Below, piece by piece: positions 25,906 through 40,264 of a stretch of 64,000 nt of DNA. Source of the DNA: Octopus bimaculoides. Taxonomy: Eukaryota. Both the position numbers and the translations under genes were made by a program. The DNA lies in the NCBI RefSeq assembly GCF_001194135.2, contig NC_068981.1, positions 59,275,190 through 59,339,189 on the forward strand, written 5' to 3'. Every line of letters starts with the position of its first letter. Within the stretch, counting starts at the first letter, position 1. The notes below the pieces were generated by a model that was given only the letters and a program-made list of their open reading frames with translations, was not told where the DNA came from and made no database searches.

Positions 25906-27294
25906 AATATACACTCACACACACACATGTATGTATGTATGTATGTATGTATGTCTCTACACTTATGGTGAAAAACCTCAAAAAATTATTCATGTAATAA
26001 AGTATATTGAAAATAAAGAACAAGGCTGAAAGAAATGCTTATGAAATTTGTGTATGAAATATAATGTTCATGTATGTAACCGTTGCAATACATTTTAAAA
26101 GATATAAATAATTTTCTAATTAATGATGTTATATTTTCTTACTTTCATTATTAGCAGTTATTACCCATGTTATAAACTCAAGTAGATGTTGACTGTACCT
26201 CTGTAGATAATAAATGATTGTTATTGACAGTAACTGTACAGATAGAAAGTAGAACATTTTTCTTCTAATGACAGTTGCAATAAATATAATATAATCCATG
26301 TGAAATAAATGTAAATAAAATTGATTAAAATTATTTAATTAAATATGAATGAAATCAAAATCAATTAAATGTGCCTATTTAAACACAGTCGTAATTTTTC
26401 AATGTTTGGAGTCTCCTTATCTCTGTCGTTCAGATGCTACCTTTATAAGTTGAGGTAATAAAAGGTATAACATCTTCAGACATTGTATTAATTATTATCA
26501 AAATTGCCTACTTAATTTTTGAAGATTTCCTTTGTGAAACATCGATTTCTGAATCATCGGGCATATGAACATCAGACACACGAACGCTTGGGTTTCCAAG
26601 CGTAGAAGTTGCTGCTAAATATATCCAGGAGATGAGGCACTACAACACATAGTTCGCGAAACCACAGATGAAAGCTCGGTGCCAGTTAGGTGCGGTGTGC
26701 TAGATGGAAATTATAGATGCCATGAAAAAGAATTGACTGGATCCGTACCAAAGATACTACACATCTCTGATACTCATACCTCTTAAGATATGCTTTACAA
26801 AAATTAAGATATATATTTTGAAAAATATTATACTGCAATACTTTCTAACAAAGATGCATGGTTACAAGTAGATCATATGGATTTAGTACGTGTATGACAT
26901 TTTGCTGACATTGGAAGAACATGAACTCAGATAAATTCCAGTTTTAAGTAATCCATTTAAGCGATCTAAAGCCGATCCTGTTTTCTGTACAGATATTTAA
27001 ATACTACAGTAGATCGATATTTTCGACTCAATCTCTTCCTTTAAAATATCATTATATCTTTATTAGAAATCAATATTAGAAATATAACTGCAAAATATAT
27101 CGTGCCATATTTTACCTTGTTCAAAAAGGATTTGCTTTTAAAATAATTATAACACATCTAGTTCAATAATAAAGCCATAATTCCAAGAGAAATGAAATAT
27201 GACTGAGCAGCTACAAATCATTCACAAGGAAACACATTAAAAATGAACAATGACCTTAGTAAACAGAAATACCCATACAGTAATTAAGCAAAAT

Positions 27295-27455
27295 GAATCT
27301 TGAGTTCCTTTGGCGCATAAGTGACCGATATCACTTACAGTGGATTGGATTGCAGCTAAGTGAAATGTTTGCTCAAGAACGTAACGTATTGCCGAATCTG
27401 AGAATCGAAACAACGATCTTACGATCATCTGTGTGATAGTCTAGCCACTTGGCTA
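27295..27455 (-). mobile_element. Degenerate tRNA-derived SINE head
   Basis: Reverse complement 'gccaagtggctag...gatcgtaagatcgttgtttcgattctcag...gttcttgagcaaacatttcac' has A/B-box-like motifs and the head 2 domain. Confidence 0.55.
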
Positions 27456-28133
27456 TGTGTCATGATAGCTATATCGTAATCGTGCCATCTATGACAACGG
27501 TTTTTGTAGTATTTTCTTTATTTTAAACAATACACTTTTATTTATTAGTTGTTCAGCATAGCCTCACTTGTCTGCAAATCAATTACTTGTTATATTTCAA
27601 ATTCTTTTGGTGGGATTGCTCGACTGAAAAGCACTGTATAAAATATTTAAGCAAATTATTTAAGCAAGTCTTAAATAATCTTGTCAAAACAGTGTTTCAT
27701 TTATACTAAGAAAAGTCAACTTGGAGTATTAATTTGGCCTTTCATGAAGCTGTACATTCATGTTTTAGAGTTAATATAACTTCCAGAGTTTTATGAATAG
27801 ATTCACTACGTTTCAATTAATTTTGCTTTCTAACATATCTTTAATGTATGATGAAGTTATTGTTTACATTGAATCATATGATCCTATCTAACTGTCTGTG
27901 CCTGCGCGAAATTAGTGAAATTTTCTTCCAGTGTTCTTATCAGCTTATCACTTACGTTATGTAATTTCATTACTACATGTACTGGAAGCATGTTCCTGGT
28001 AGTTGTGTCAGAATGTTTGCAGCTGTGTACAGTCGAGCTATTACTCTCTAGTAGTTGTAATTACATGTTGCCATATAGTCTCTAACAATACCGTTGATAA
28101 CTCTTAACATAAAACTATATGTATGTCTATCTG

Positions 28134-28254
<121 letters not shown>

Positions 28255-28689
28255 ATGTATATGTGCGTGTGTAAACACATACATACACACGCATATATTG
28301 ATACATATCAGTATGCGTATACACAAACACGCATACATACGAACACACCCATATATCTACTACACATGTGGGGATTTCTGTCAGTAGGTCAGTAGGTGTG
28401 TTTGTGGAGTTGTTAGCTAACTCCCCTTACATTGTTGACAAAATCGATAATAGGTCCCCTGGAAGGGATTCTTATATATTGTATTATTGCATTGTATTTA
28501 TTATTTATTTATTATCTATATAAATAGCAATAGCAATAGGAAGAAATTATCAATAAAAATTAGTGGGAAACATTGACGTGGGACGTTTGTTTTTACAAGA
28601 TTTCAAATGTGCGATATTTGAAATATTAAAATTCTAATTATTCTCGAGATGATTTTCTTTCAATCTTGTTCTTGCTGTTTATTTCAATG

Positions 28690-29420
28690 CATTCATTAGA
28701 AGAAAAGAAGTTTGTCAGTATTTGTCAGTGTTACCAAACATAGTGACATATCTTTTAGCAAAACACATAGTTTTAGAGTAATATTCTTCAGACTGGATAG
28801 ATACTTTTTGCCGGAGAAATTCTTGATTAAAGTTTTATTATTTCCATTTCGACTTCTTTCTATTCTACATTGTAGATATTCATTTAGCAAACAAGGTAAG
28901 CATTGAATTCTTTCATACTGAAGTCATTAATTCTGTAGCTCTTCAAGCAATTTAACTCATAAGTACAAATAACGTATTGAAACTGTTTATGGTGATTGGC
29001 TATTGCAGGGAAATGGTATCACCAGTTCCGAATTGATTTTCTCAAATTTGAAGTTTTATTTCAAAAACTTTCATATGGGAGTATATTTTCTGAATTAATT
29101 ACGTTTCTTTTCACAACTGCGAATCAAGATTATTTCAGTAAATGGTAATATCTTCGAGTAATCCAGATTAAAAAAGCCTGTTGTTATTCTTCATCTCGAG
29201 AACAAAATCACTTATCATTTCCATGAAGCTGCAGACATTTTCTCTGCGTATTTTAATCCTCTTCTTTTTACATAGCCAAAGAACCAATAGTATACCAGAT
29301 CGCGACATATATATTAAAGTTGTAAAAGTTTTTTGAGTTAGCGATGATTAAGTGTTCGTGGGTTTATGAAATTGATGCTTGAAACTATGTCACACATTGC
29401 ATTTTACCGACTTGACACAA
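28690..29420 (-). mobile_element. Heavily decayed hAT transposase (Buster/Charlie, GTF2IRD2-like)
   Basis: Minus-strand fragments in the expected order: VSSINFINPRTLNHR*LKNF, RDLVYY, MKVFEIKLQI, FAKRYVTMFGNTDKY*QTSFLLMN. These match NFI....LNHR.F, GDL.YY and the dimerisation motif MFGSTY.CEQ.FS.M. Confidence 0.7.
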
Positions 29421-29507
29421 ATTCTTTTTTTTTTTTTAGTTAAGTGATGAAATCTTACAAAGTCGTTGTCTTCTAAATTTAGAGAAATGGATGGCACTAC
29501 AATTTTT

Positions 29508-29600
29508 TTCTCTCGTTGTGTGCGTATTTAACTCATTTGTTTTCGTATTTCATGCTATTTGCTGTTGGTGACGTCCTGTACCCATATATGCATATATATA
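29508..29600 (+). repeat. Isolated 3' terminal segment of interspersed repeat family D
   Basis: About 90 bp, near-identical to 30843-30930 ('ctcgttgt.tgcgtatttaactcatttgttttcgtatttcatg...cctgtacccatatatgcatat'). Confidence 0.85.
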
Positions 29601-29607
29601 TATATAT

Positions 29608-29947
29608 TAAGACCCCCTTCGGTTATTACTGACCATGGGATTGCACCTAGAAAGTTATCCTACCAGGCACAAGTCCGGGCAAGGTTGTTTATGGAGGACC
29701 AGCAGTCGCCCATGCATATAAGCCTTCCATCTCCACGCCACCGATGTTATCCAAGGGAAAAGCAAGGGCTGATACAGCTTGGCACCTGTGACGTCGCAAC
29801 TCATTTCTGCAGCTGAGTGAACTGTAGCAACGTGAAATAAAGTGTGTTGGCCAAGAACACAACACGTAGCTCGGTCCGGAATTCGAACTCACAAGCTCTC
29901 GATCGTAAGCTCATCAGCTCGACGCTCTAACCACTGAGCCATATATA
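29608..29947 (-). mobile_element. tRNA-derived SINE (head 2 + different tail Y)
   Basis: Reverse complement has A box 'tggctcagtgg', B box 'gagttcgaattcc' and the head 2 domain 'cactttatttcacgttgctacagttcactcagctg'. It then continues into a tail unrelated to tail X, ending 'accgaagggggtctt'. Confidence 0.87.
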
Positions 29948-30459
29948 NNNNNNNNNNNNNNNNNNNNNNNNNNNNNNNNNNNNNNNNNNNNNNNNNNNNN
30001 NNNNNNNNNNNNNNNNNNNNNNNNNNNNNNNNNNNNNNNNNNNNNNNNNNNNNNNNNNNNNNNNNNNNNNNNNNNNNNNNNNNNNNNNNNNNNNNNNNNN
30101 NNNNNNNNNNNNNNNNNNNNNNNNNNNNNNNNNNNNNNNNNNNNNNNNNNNNNNNNNNNNNNNNNNNNNNNNNNNNNNNNNNNNNNNNNNNNNNNNNNNN
30201 NNNNNNNNNNNNNNNNNNNNNNNNNNNNNNNNNNNNNNNNNNNNNNNNNNNNNNNNNNNNNNNNNNNNNNNNNNNNNNNNNNNNNNNNNNNNNNNNNNNN
30301 NNNNNNNNNNNNNNNNNNNNNNNNNNNNNNNNNNNNNNNNNNNNNNNNNNNNNNNNNNNNNNNNNNNNNNNNNNNNNNNNNNNNNNNNNNNNNNNNNNNN
30401 NNNNNNNNNNNNNNNNNNNNNNNNNNNNNNNNNNNNNNNNNNNNNNNNNNNNNNNNNGA

Positions 30460-31048
<589 letters not shown>

Positions 31049-31792
31049 TTAGTCAGATGCTATAAAGGATTGCCGACCGCAACTTCAGTCACTGTTAACC
31101 CTTTTTGTAAAAGTTTTATAAACTTGTACTCTAACAAATATTGAGTACCCTCAGTCTAATGTTATTTTTCTTATATATGACTTGATATATGCACACACAC
31201 AAACACACATATGTGTATATATAATATGTGAGTATGTAGTATATGTAAAAACTCTCTTTCTTTGTATAAAAATGCATACACACACATATGTACACGTTCT
31301 TTTGTTTGAGCACTATCATGTAGAAGAGTGAATAATATATATGTGAACTTGTGAGATTCAGGTGGTGTTTTAAGCTATGTTAGTTGAATTGAAGCTGATC
31401 TAAAAGAACGTACTGAAAGCTGTTCAGAAGATATTCGTCTTCAGAAATATCTCTTTGATTAATCGCTCTGTTATAGAAGTTCACTTTGATTTTCACGCAG
31501 AACAAGAACCAGGTGGATTACATTAGCTGATCAATTTTGCCAGGAGTTGTGGATAATGACTTAGAACACCTCGTGACTGGTAATTTCAAATCTGACTTGT
31601 ATCTTGGCAATTAACTTCATATAAACAACTACACTTCAGAAACTTATAGGAATAAAAGTCACGAAAGTTCAACAAAGAAAAAAATGAATATATCTCTTGG
31701 CGAAAATAATTCGGTGTGAGATTTTCGTCGGGAAGATAAAAAGCCTGAGAGGATTGTGATTATATGTAGATCAACATAAAAGATCTGTTTAA

Positions 31793-31860
<68 letters not shown>

Positions 31861-32010
31861 ATATATATATATGTATATATGTATGTATGTATGTGGGGTG
31901 TGTATATATGTGAGTGTATGTGCAGATATATGTATATATATAAAATTTAATGCATTCAATATAAAGATACGAGCTACTAATAGTTACTTTGGAGACAAAT
32001 GTCTAAGCAG

Positions 32011-32422
32011 GTTTCTATAACACGCCTTGTGTGTGTAAGCTGTCTTGAGTACATGGTTAATTCTCTTTGCAAATCTAAACGCTGTTACAAGCTAAATCAC
32101 GGGATAAAACGAGAAGATAGCCGCATAAAGTGCAAGGTTGAATAAAAGCGGAAACAGAAAGAAAATGGAGGTAGGTTCCCCTCGACCGTAAAGCCATAAG
32201 TAAGCTGATTGTAGAATTTTTCTATAGCTAGCTTAATTATTACTTTACTGCCAAAGGGGACACAATTCCAGTTTTCTTTCTTTTTTTCTTTTTTTTCTTC
32301 TGTTGTGTTAATTCACCATAACATAAAATTACACTCGTACCAGCGTCCTGATTTGCAATTAGAATAGACCATGCACCCAATGCCTGAAGACTTCTGGTTG
32401 ACACAAGGCGTGTTATAAAAAC
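32011..32422. mobile_element. MITE-like element with 22-bp terminal inverted repeats
   Basis: gtttctataacacgccttgtgt (32011-32032) versus acacaaggcgtgttataaaaac (32401-32422): 21 of 22 complementary, with a perfect 17-bp core. Confidence 0.6.
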
Positions 32423-32429
32423 TTTCGTA

Positions 32430-32630
32430 GAATTGTGTCTATTAAATGATATTTATCTCTCACTGGATGGAGTACATTATCTGTTGATTATGCCCTTCGA
32501 AACGTCTAGTTAGAATAGAGGCAGCTGACGAAGGATTAATTCAAGTGGCTATCTGTTTTCCTATGTGTTCGTTCCGTTGTCTGTAGTTCATTTTTCTAAC
32601 GTCCTGTACTCTGATATGCATCTATATACA
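32430..32630 (+). repeat. Diverged family D-related segment
   Basis: 'ctgacgaagg...cgttgtctg...acgtcctgtactctgatatgcat' parallels 30795-30925. Confidence 0.45.
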
Positions 32631-33436
32631 CATGTAGATGTAAGTATGTACATATATGTGGGTATACATGCATACATATTCTATGTATTATTACAGATAT
32701 ATATATATATATATATATATATANNNNNNNNNNNNNNNNNNNNNNNNNNNNNNNNNNNNNNNNNNNNNNNNNNNNNNNNNNNNNNNNNNNNNNNNNNNNN
32801 NNNNNNNNNNNNNNNNNNNNNNNNNNNNNNNNNNNNNNNNNNNNNNNNNNNNNNNNNNNNNNNNNNNNNNNNNNNNNNNNNNNNNNNNNNNNNNNNNNNN
32901 NNNNNNNNNNNNNNNNNNNNNNNNNNNNNNNNNNNNNNNNNNNNNNNNNNNNNNNNNNNNNNNNNNNNNNNNNNNNNNNNNNNNNNNNNNNNNNNNNNNN
33001 NNNNNNNNNNNNNNNNNNNNNNNNNNNNNNNNNNNNNNNNNNNNNNNNNNNNNNNNNNNNNNNNNNNNNNNNNNNNNNNNNNNNNNNNNNNNNNNNNNNN
33101 NNNNNNNNNNNNNNNNNNNNNNNNNNNNNNNNNNNNNNNNNNNNNNNNNNNNNNNNNNNNNNNNNNNNNNNNNNNNNNNNNNNNNNNNNNNNNNNNNNNN
33201 NNNNNNNNNNNNNNNNNNNNNNNNNNNNNNNNNNNNNNNNNNNNNNNNNNNNNNNNNNNNNNNNNNNNNNNNNNNNNNNNNNNNNNNNNNNNNNNNNNNN
33301 NNNNNNNNNNNNNNNNNNNNNNNNNNNNNNNNNNNNNNNNNNNNNNNNNNNNNNNNNNNNNNNNNNNNNNNNNNNNNNNNNNNNNNNNNNNNNNNNNNNN
33401 NNNNNNNNNNNNNNNNNNNNNNNNNNNNNNNNNNNN

Positions 33437-33476
<40 letters not shown>

Positions 33477-35132
33477 GCACACACACAAACACACACACTC
33501 TCACACACACAACACGCACACACACGACGCACGCGCACACACACCACAGACGCACATACACGCACATGCACACACATACTCATAGACGCACACTCACGCA
33601 CACACATGCACACATCAATATAAGTAAATATATATGAGTATGTGTGTACAATGGTAATTGGAGCATACATAGTAAACCCTAATTTCTCCACATATATAAA
33701 AGGGGAGAGAGAGAGAGAGAGAGAGAGAGAGGGAAAGAGAGAAAGAGAGAGGAAAGTGAGTGAGTGAGAGAGGTGGAAAAACAGAACAAAAAAGAATGAA
33801 GAAGTGTGTGAACAATTTCTAGACGTAATATTAAACTAAATAGAACGTGTCAAATACTCTGATGATATACTTAAAATTTTCACATATAAATCGATAAAAA
33901 AATTGCTTTTAGCTATTGAAAAGCAATAATCATTGTCTGTTATTTGTGTGAGAGATATTCAGTTTGCGTGGGACTCTTATTTCATGTGTGCATATGGGTA
34001 ACCATTTTTTGTAACCATCATATGCAAATTGTCTTCAACAATTGATTAATGTCAAGATGTTGAAAGGCATGATTAAGAACTCTGCTGTGCAAAATGCACT
34101 GAGTACATGATTAAGGGAGCTGGATTGGGTATAGGGTTTTTGTTCAAACCTTAGGAAGACATGAACTTGGAACTATAACTTAACGAAATATTTCTTTGTT
34201 TAAGATACCTATCAGATATCTGACATGAGATTACTTCAATCGTTGAAGCATATCAATTTATTGCACTCCTATACGAAGTTTCCAAAGTGTTAATTTTTGT
34301 TAACGGAGTTTGCTACTTCGGATTGCGAATTATACCATATGTATTCGGAGGGTTCAGTGGAACCAATGCACGTAATTTGACTGAGCCACATATATGGTGT
34401 GATGATAGTGCATCAATAGTGTAGATTTTTCATCAGGTCACAAACAACTCTCTACTCCACAGTTTGTAAACGTTAAAAATACTTTTATAAAGAAATGATG
34501 TAATCAAAATGAATTGCTACAATATTGGATAAGTTCAAGAGTTGTTGAGCATAAAGAATATAAAAGAAAACTAATATATTTGGAATTTGCATTGTTGATG
34601 GTTTCTTTTATTATGTTTATAAACCTATGAGTTGACAGAGTTATAAAAATGTTCAATTGTAATCCTTGTAGAATTTGTTCCATCTCTTTGGGCTCCGCTT
34701 TTAAATCATGCCAAAGCCAACTTTCCCATTCATCCCCTCAGTGTCAATAATTACAGTACAAGTCGAGTGTCATGGTCCATTCGCTTTTCTTTGTTTATTT
34801 GTATCCTTTTCTTGCGGAATCAGCTACGTGAGGAGGCCAAGAGAAGATGTGTTCATATAGCTTTCCAGCTAATCACTTCACAATTACTCTGTGGACATCA
34901 TAAGAAGTAAAATTATGCCTACATTTTAAAATAGACGTAATCAATATAAATCAACATTTTCGCTATATTGAAATTTATACCAGGAAATTTAAAAAATATT
35001 TTTTGTAGCTGTCACTATTTTTGAATTCATTAAATGACAATTAATTGAAATTTTAAGCATCCATAACTATAACACAACAATCATCTTTAAAAAACAATGA
35101 CAATATTCTGATATTATAGCTGTAAGATATAT

Positions 35133-35190
<58 letters not shown>

Positions 35191-36505
35191 GTATTACAAT
35201 TACGTCTTACAATTAAATAGTCACGAAAACATCTAAAAGCAATTTTACTGTATTTTCCTCGTATAACATCAGTTGTGAAATGTCGAGCAAATCATGCTTG
35301 AAATTGAAAGAAATGCATAAGTGATGGGTTTTGAAAATCCCTAGATTGAAATATCACACACATGGATAATAATTATCCATACATGCAGATACAAACAACA
35401 TACACACATAAATACATATATGCAAACATACACACACATACATTACACTACTTTGCACAACACACACACATATACGCACAGGCACACATACACACACAAA
35501 CACACACGCACACACATACAAACACACATTCTCTCTCTTTCTTTCTCTCTCTTTCTTTCTCTCTCTTTCTTTCTCTCTATTTCTTTCTCTCTCTTTCTTT
35601 CTCTCTCTTTCTTTCTCTCTCTTTCTTTCTCTCTCTTTCTCTGTCCTTTTCTTCATTATAGTGGATGCGTAGATGTTTCCAAGATTCCACCATTGTACCT
35701 TCCGATACTTTGGCTACATCATTACTCACAAAATCGACGCTAAAGCTGTTATTTGTTTTAGAAATCATTGTTGAAAAATCCATGAACTGGAGTTAAGTAT
35801 GCAAAGTAGTCGTTGCTTCGGATTAGACCAGACATATAAAGCGGGCACAAATCAAATGAGTAAACAAATATTTGGTCGGGTACTCAATCATAAGTGTGTT
35901 ATTCGAGTATGAACAGCATAGTCAAATTGGTGAATGACTCGTTGACCTGCGGTGGGTTCAGTTTGTTAGTAGTAAAAGTAACGTGCGATACAGCTATTTT
36001 GCTTAGTAATTATATGTCGCTTTTTGGTTTAAAATCATGGGAAACGAGTCATAAGCAACAACATAGCTGATGACAACTGTGTTCAATACAAGAAACAGAA
36101 AAGACATTTTCATGTTTTACGTTTGCAAAATGACAGAAATTTGGATGAAAAGTATCTGGACCACTTGATCAGATGTATTTTTTTTTTTTACTGCATTTCT
36201 CAATAAAATTTTTTCTCTTTGTGTCAATGTAAGAAATCAATAAAGTGTTTATTACTGTAACCCACTAGACTATGGAATCAATACAGAAAATTGAGCCTAC
36301 ATTAAACAAACAGAATGGAATTACCATTTTGGACCTGATGGTTAGCATTCTGTTATCCGTGTGATGTTGTTTGTTGTGTAGTCCCAGTCACCTGAGCACA
36401 ATTATCAATGCATGATATTTGTGCACATGTCGTACAAGCAATAATAAAAACAAATACATATACACGTATACACACATATGCACACGTATATATTCATATA
36501 TATAA

Positions 36506-36600
36506 TAGAAATACAAACTTGTTACCAGTTCAAACATGCTTGAGGGAGGCGTAACCGAACTCATAGGAAAGCCAGTCACTGTAACAAGTTTGTATTTATA
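36506..36600. repeat. Short inverted-repeat element (17-bp perfect arms)
   Basis: aaatacaaacttgttac (36509-36525) and gtaacaagtttgtattt (36581-36597). The stem extends 3 bp inward with a one-base bulge. Confidence 0.85.
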
Positions 36601-38003
36601 CACACCACTACTTATATATATATATATATNNNNNNNNNNNNNNNNNNNNNNNNNNNNNNNNNNNNNNNNNNNNNNNNNNNNNNNNNNNNNNNNNNNNNNN
36701 NNNNNNNNNNNNNNNNNNNNNNNNNNNNNNNNNNNNNNNNNNNNNNNNNNNNNNNNNNNNNNNNNNNNNNNNNNNNNNNNNNNNNNNNNNNNNNNNNNNN
36801 NNNNNNNNNNNNNNNNNNNNNNNNNNNNNNNNNNNNNNNNNNNNNNNNNNNNNNNNNNNNNNNNNNNNNNNNNNNNNNNNNNNNNNNNNNNNNNNNNNNN
36901 NNNNNNNNNNNNNNNNNNNNNNNNNNNNNNNNNNNNNNNNNNNNNNNNATGTATATATACATACATACATATATATATGTATATATACATATATATCTAT
37001 GTATATATGTGTGAGTGTGTGTGTGTATATATACACCCACAAACACATAGACACGTACATACATACATTTCCTTCATTTTGGCAACAACCCAAGATTGTG
37101 ATTAGTAAAAGAAAAAAGAAAGTTTATTCAAATATTTTCTCTCAAGAAACCAAACGTAGTATTTTCAGTTATAGCAAGGGCACACTTGGAAACAATAGAA
37201 TTAAACAACTGTAGCAACTCTTACAAGCTGCATAGTGATTAAATAGCGTAAGTTTGATGTTCAAGACTATAAAATTAATGAGGCGTAATTTCGTATTTGA
37301 GAAAACTGAGATATTTATGCATATAGGAACAATGCGAATTTTGGAGAGCATTCCTATAATTGATGATTAAACCTCTGCTTATTACATGTAGTGAATTGGA
37401 AGAACGATGATACCTCTGTGTGGTCGATCATACTGAAATTAAGTCTTGTCGTCATGAAAAGGAAGAGTACATTGGGAAATATAGTTCCAGATAAACCACG
37501 TCTTTAAAAATAAGATGCAAATACAATAGCTGCGTATATCCATATACATCAGTTCGTTTGACACTAAGTGATTACAACCGAAACGTATGGATACTGTAGA
37601 GTCTTAGGTGATGAAAGATCTGAGAGAGTCTTCTATTGATTTCGAATATGAAACAGAAAATGAAGAAACTGTACTGCGCTGTAATGAATCGATGTGTTGC
37701 GTGAGTCACTTGCACCTCTACCTGTCGTTAAAGTAAATATCAACGACATCCTACCATGAGCTTAAAAGAGAAGACGGATGTTTGCACCGAAGTATAAAGT
37801 TATGGAGTACTGTATAGAACTCCATAGCCTGTCGGCAAAATTACAAAATTGATAAAATTGTTTTCCCAAAGGCATTAGAAATATCAATAAATTCAAGCAG
37901 AGACCACCAGCGTTCGATTGGTTTGGATAGCTAAATTAAGACATCAGTATAATTACTCTCTTAAACGCTTCCCCCAGTGTTCACTTACAAAATACTTCAA
38001 CAT

Positions 38004-38399
38004 AGGCGCAGGAGTGGCTGTGCGGTAAGTAGCTTGCTTACCAACAACATGGTTCCGGGTTCAGTCCCACTGCGTGGCACCTTGGGCAAAGTGTCTTCAA
38101 CTATAGCCTCGGGCCGACCAAAGCCTTGTGAATAGATTTGGTAGACAGAAACTAAAAGAAACCCGTTGTATAAATGTATATATATGTGTTTGTGTGTCTG
38201 TGTTTGTCCCACCCCCAACATCGCTTGAGAACCGATGCCGATGTGTTTACATCCCCGTAACTTAGCGGTTCGGCAAAAGAGACCGATAGAATAAGTACTA
38301 GGCTTACAAAGGATAAGTCCTGGGGTCGATTTACTCGACTAAAAGGCGGTGCTCGAGCAAGGCCGCAGTCAAATGACTGAAACAAGTAAAAGAGTAAAA
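38004..38399 (+). mobile_element. SINE family A, near full length
   Basis: Head 'aggcgcaggagtggctgtgcggtaag', B box 'gggttcagtccc', core, and tail 'gactgaaacaagtaaaagagtaaaa'. Confidence 0.92.
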
Positions 38400-38522
38400 T
38401 AGTATGAATTAATCTACTTATATTATTGACAGCTTTCGCAAAAACGCAATGAGATATTGAAAGCCAAAAAACCGACCGAAATCCGAAAATATTTTTAGAT
38501 TCTGCTATGTGTGTGTGTGTGT

Positions 38523-38564
<42 letters not shown>

Positions 38565-40010
38565 ATATGTAAAATAAAATAAAGAAACATCTCCGGATAG
38601 TTTAAAATATCTCAAATATCGGTAATTCATCAACTCGGTTTTGTATTTTTTTACGTTCAGGATTTTGAAAAATTTATTTTGCAATATAATTCTTGATGTT
38701 TCAAAATATATCCATTGGCAATTTCTCCAGTCATTTTTCAAATAGTTTCTTTTTGTTGCTGTTGATGCTGCTGCTGCTGCTGCTGATGGTAAGGATGATA
38801 ATGATGTTGATGAGGATGACGAGATGATTTTGCAGATGAACTTGATGGTAATGATTATATTACATAGACATGGTAAAAATAGTGTCAACTGCAATATTTG
38901 AGCTAGTTGCGGAAATAATGAATATCGATGATTCAAATTTTGGAAAAGGCCAGTTATTGTTTGAGATGGGAATGTAATCGATTGACTCAGCTCGCATATA
39001 TTACTGGTACTCATAAACCAAGAGAAAAACGACCCCCTAAATCATAAAAAAGATAATCGTTGTAGGTGATAATATCACTGCATCCTGAAGGTGAGACTTG
39101 AAAGAGTTGCAAAATAAATGATTAAGTTTTCAATTTCTAATACTTCAAAGTACGATGTACTCATACGAAAATATTTAAGAATTTTTTGTAAGAACATAAA
39201 ACTAAAAAAAAAAAAATGGGTGTTTTTAAAACAGCATGCACCCCCACACGCAGACATACATGCACACTCACTTACGGACGTAGGTACACACGTGCGCGCG
39301 CACACACACGCACATACATACATGATAACAGAGATTGATGAAGAAAGATGTGGATGAGATAAACACCAAGTGACAAATATACAAGAGGACAAAGAATTAA
39401 CTGCCCCCTTTCCCTCGTAGAATCCTCGTCGCCAAAAAGGATAATGATGTGCTATTTATTTACGTCCAAATGTCGTTAGTAACGTAATGTCAGTGAGTTC
39501 GTTTCAATCGGCCACCTAAGCATCTCTTATCTCAACCTATTCATGACCTGTTTTTATCAGCATTGAAGGTTGTTTTGGTCTATGAGAATTGGGGCTTTAG
39601 ATTGGGTCTCTACAAGTACATAGCTTATGTAAAACTTTGTGACCCAGTTTAGTTGAAAATTATTGGAAAATATGAACCATTATGCGATATAATTTAACTA
39701 ATCAAATGAAATCTTCGGCCATCTGTTTCAATTTGATCTACCTCACGTAAAGAATTAAGCATTGACTAGTTTGACCGCATTAATCTCAGTTTCAAAGAAC
39801 TGAAAGCAGAATACGAAACACAAACGAACAAAAAAAAAAACACACACATCTCAATCCCATAAAAAAAAACACACAAAAACAGAAAGCATAACAAATTAAC
39901 AAAAAAAAAAAACTCCTCAAAAGTTCGCTGAAATTCTGCTCAAATCTATAATATATTCTACGTAGCAGAATATACCCATTGATATATATATATTGTTGTA
40001 TTTCGGATTC

Positions 40011-40229
40011 ATTTATTCTTTTATTCTTTTACTTGCTTCAGTCATTTGACTGCGGCCATGCTGGAGCACCGCTTCCAGTAGAGCAAATTGACCCCAGGAC
40101 TTATTCTCCGCAAACCTAGTACTTATTCTATCGGCAACATTTGTTACTGGGACGTAAACACACCGGCATCGGTTGTCAAGCGATGTTGGGGTGTCAAACA
40201 CAGGCACACAAACACATACACACACATAC

Positions 40230-40264
<35 letters not shown>

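Noticed and set aside
32478-32535. Hammerhead-like pieces CTGTTGA, GAAACGTC and CTGACGA
   Set aside because: The core is mutated in the type I reading, and helices I and II cannot be formed in either the type I or the type II topology.
37608-37700. Plus-strand exon-like frame VMKDLRESSIDFEYETENEETVLRCNESMCC with a gtgagt donor
   Set aside because: The acceptor has no polypyrimidine tract and no homology is recognisable. Similar chance candidates occur on both strands (for example near 47440, 61065 and 63110).
38505-39014. 169-aa minus-strand ORF with poly-S/poly-A; also a plus-strand AG...GT segment at 38661-38788
   Set aside because: The ORF is trinucleotide-repeat driven and ends in (CA)n. 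The plus-strand segment has stops in all three frames.
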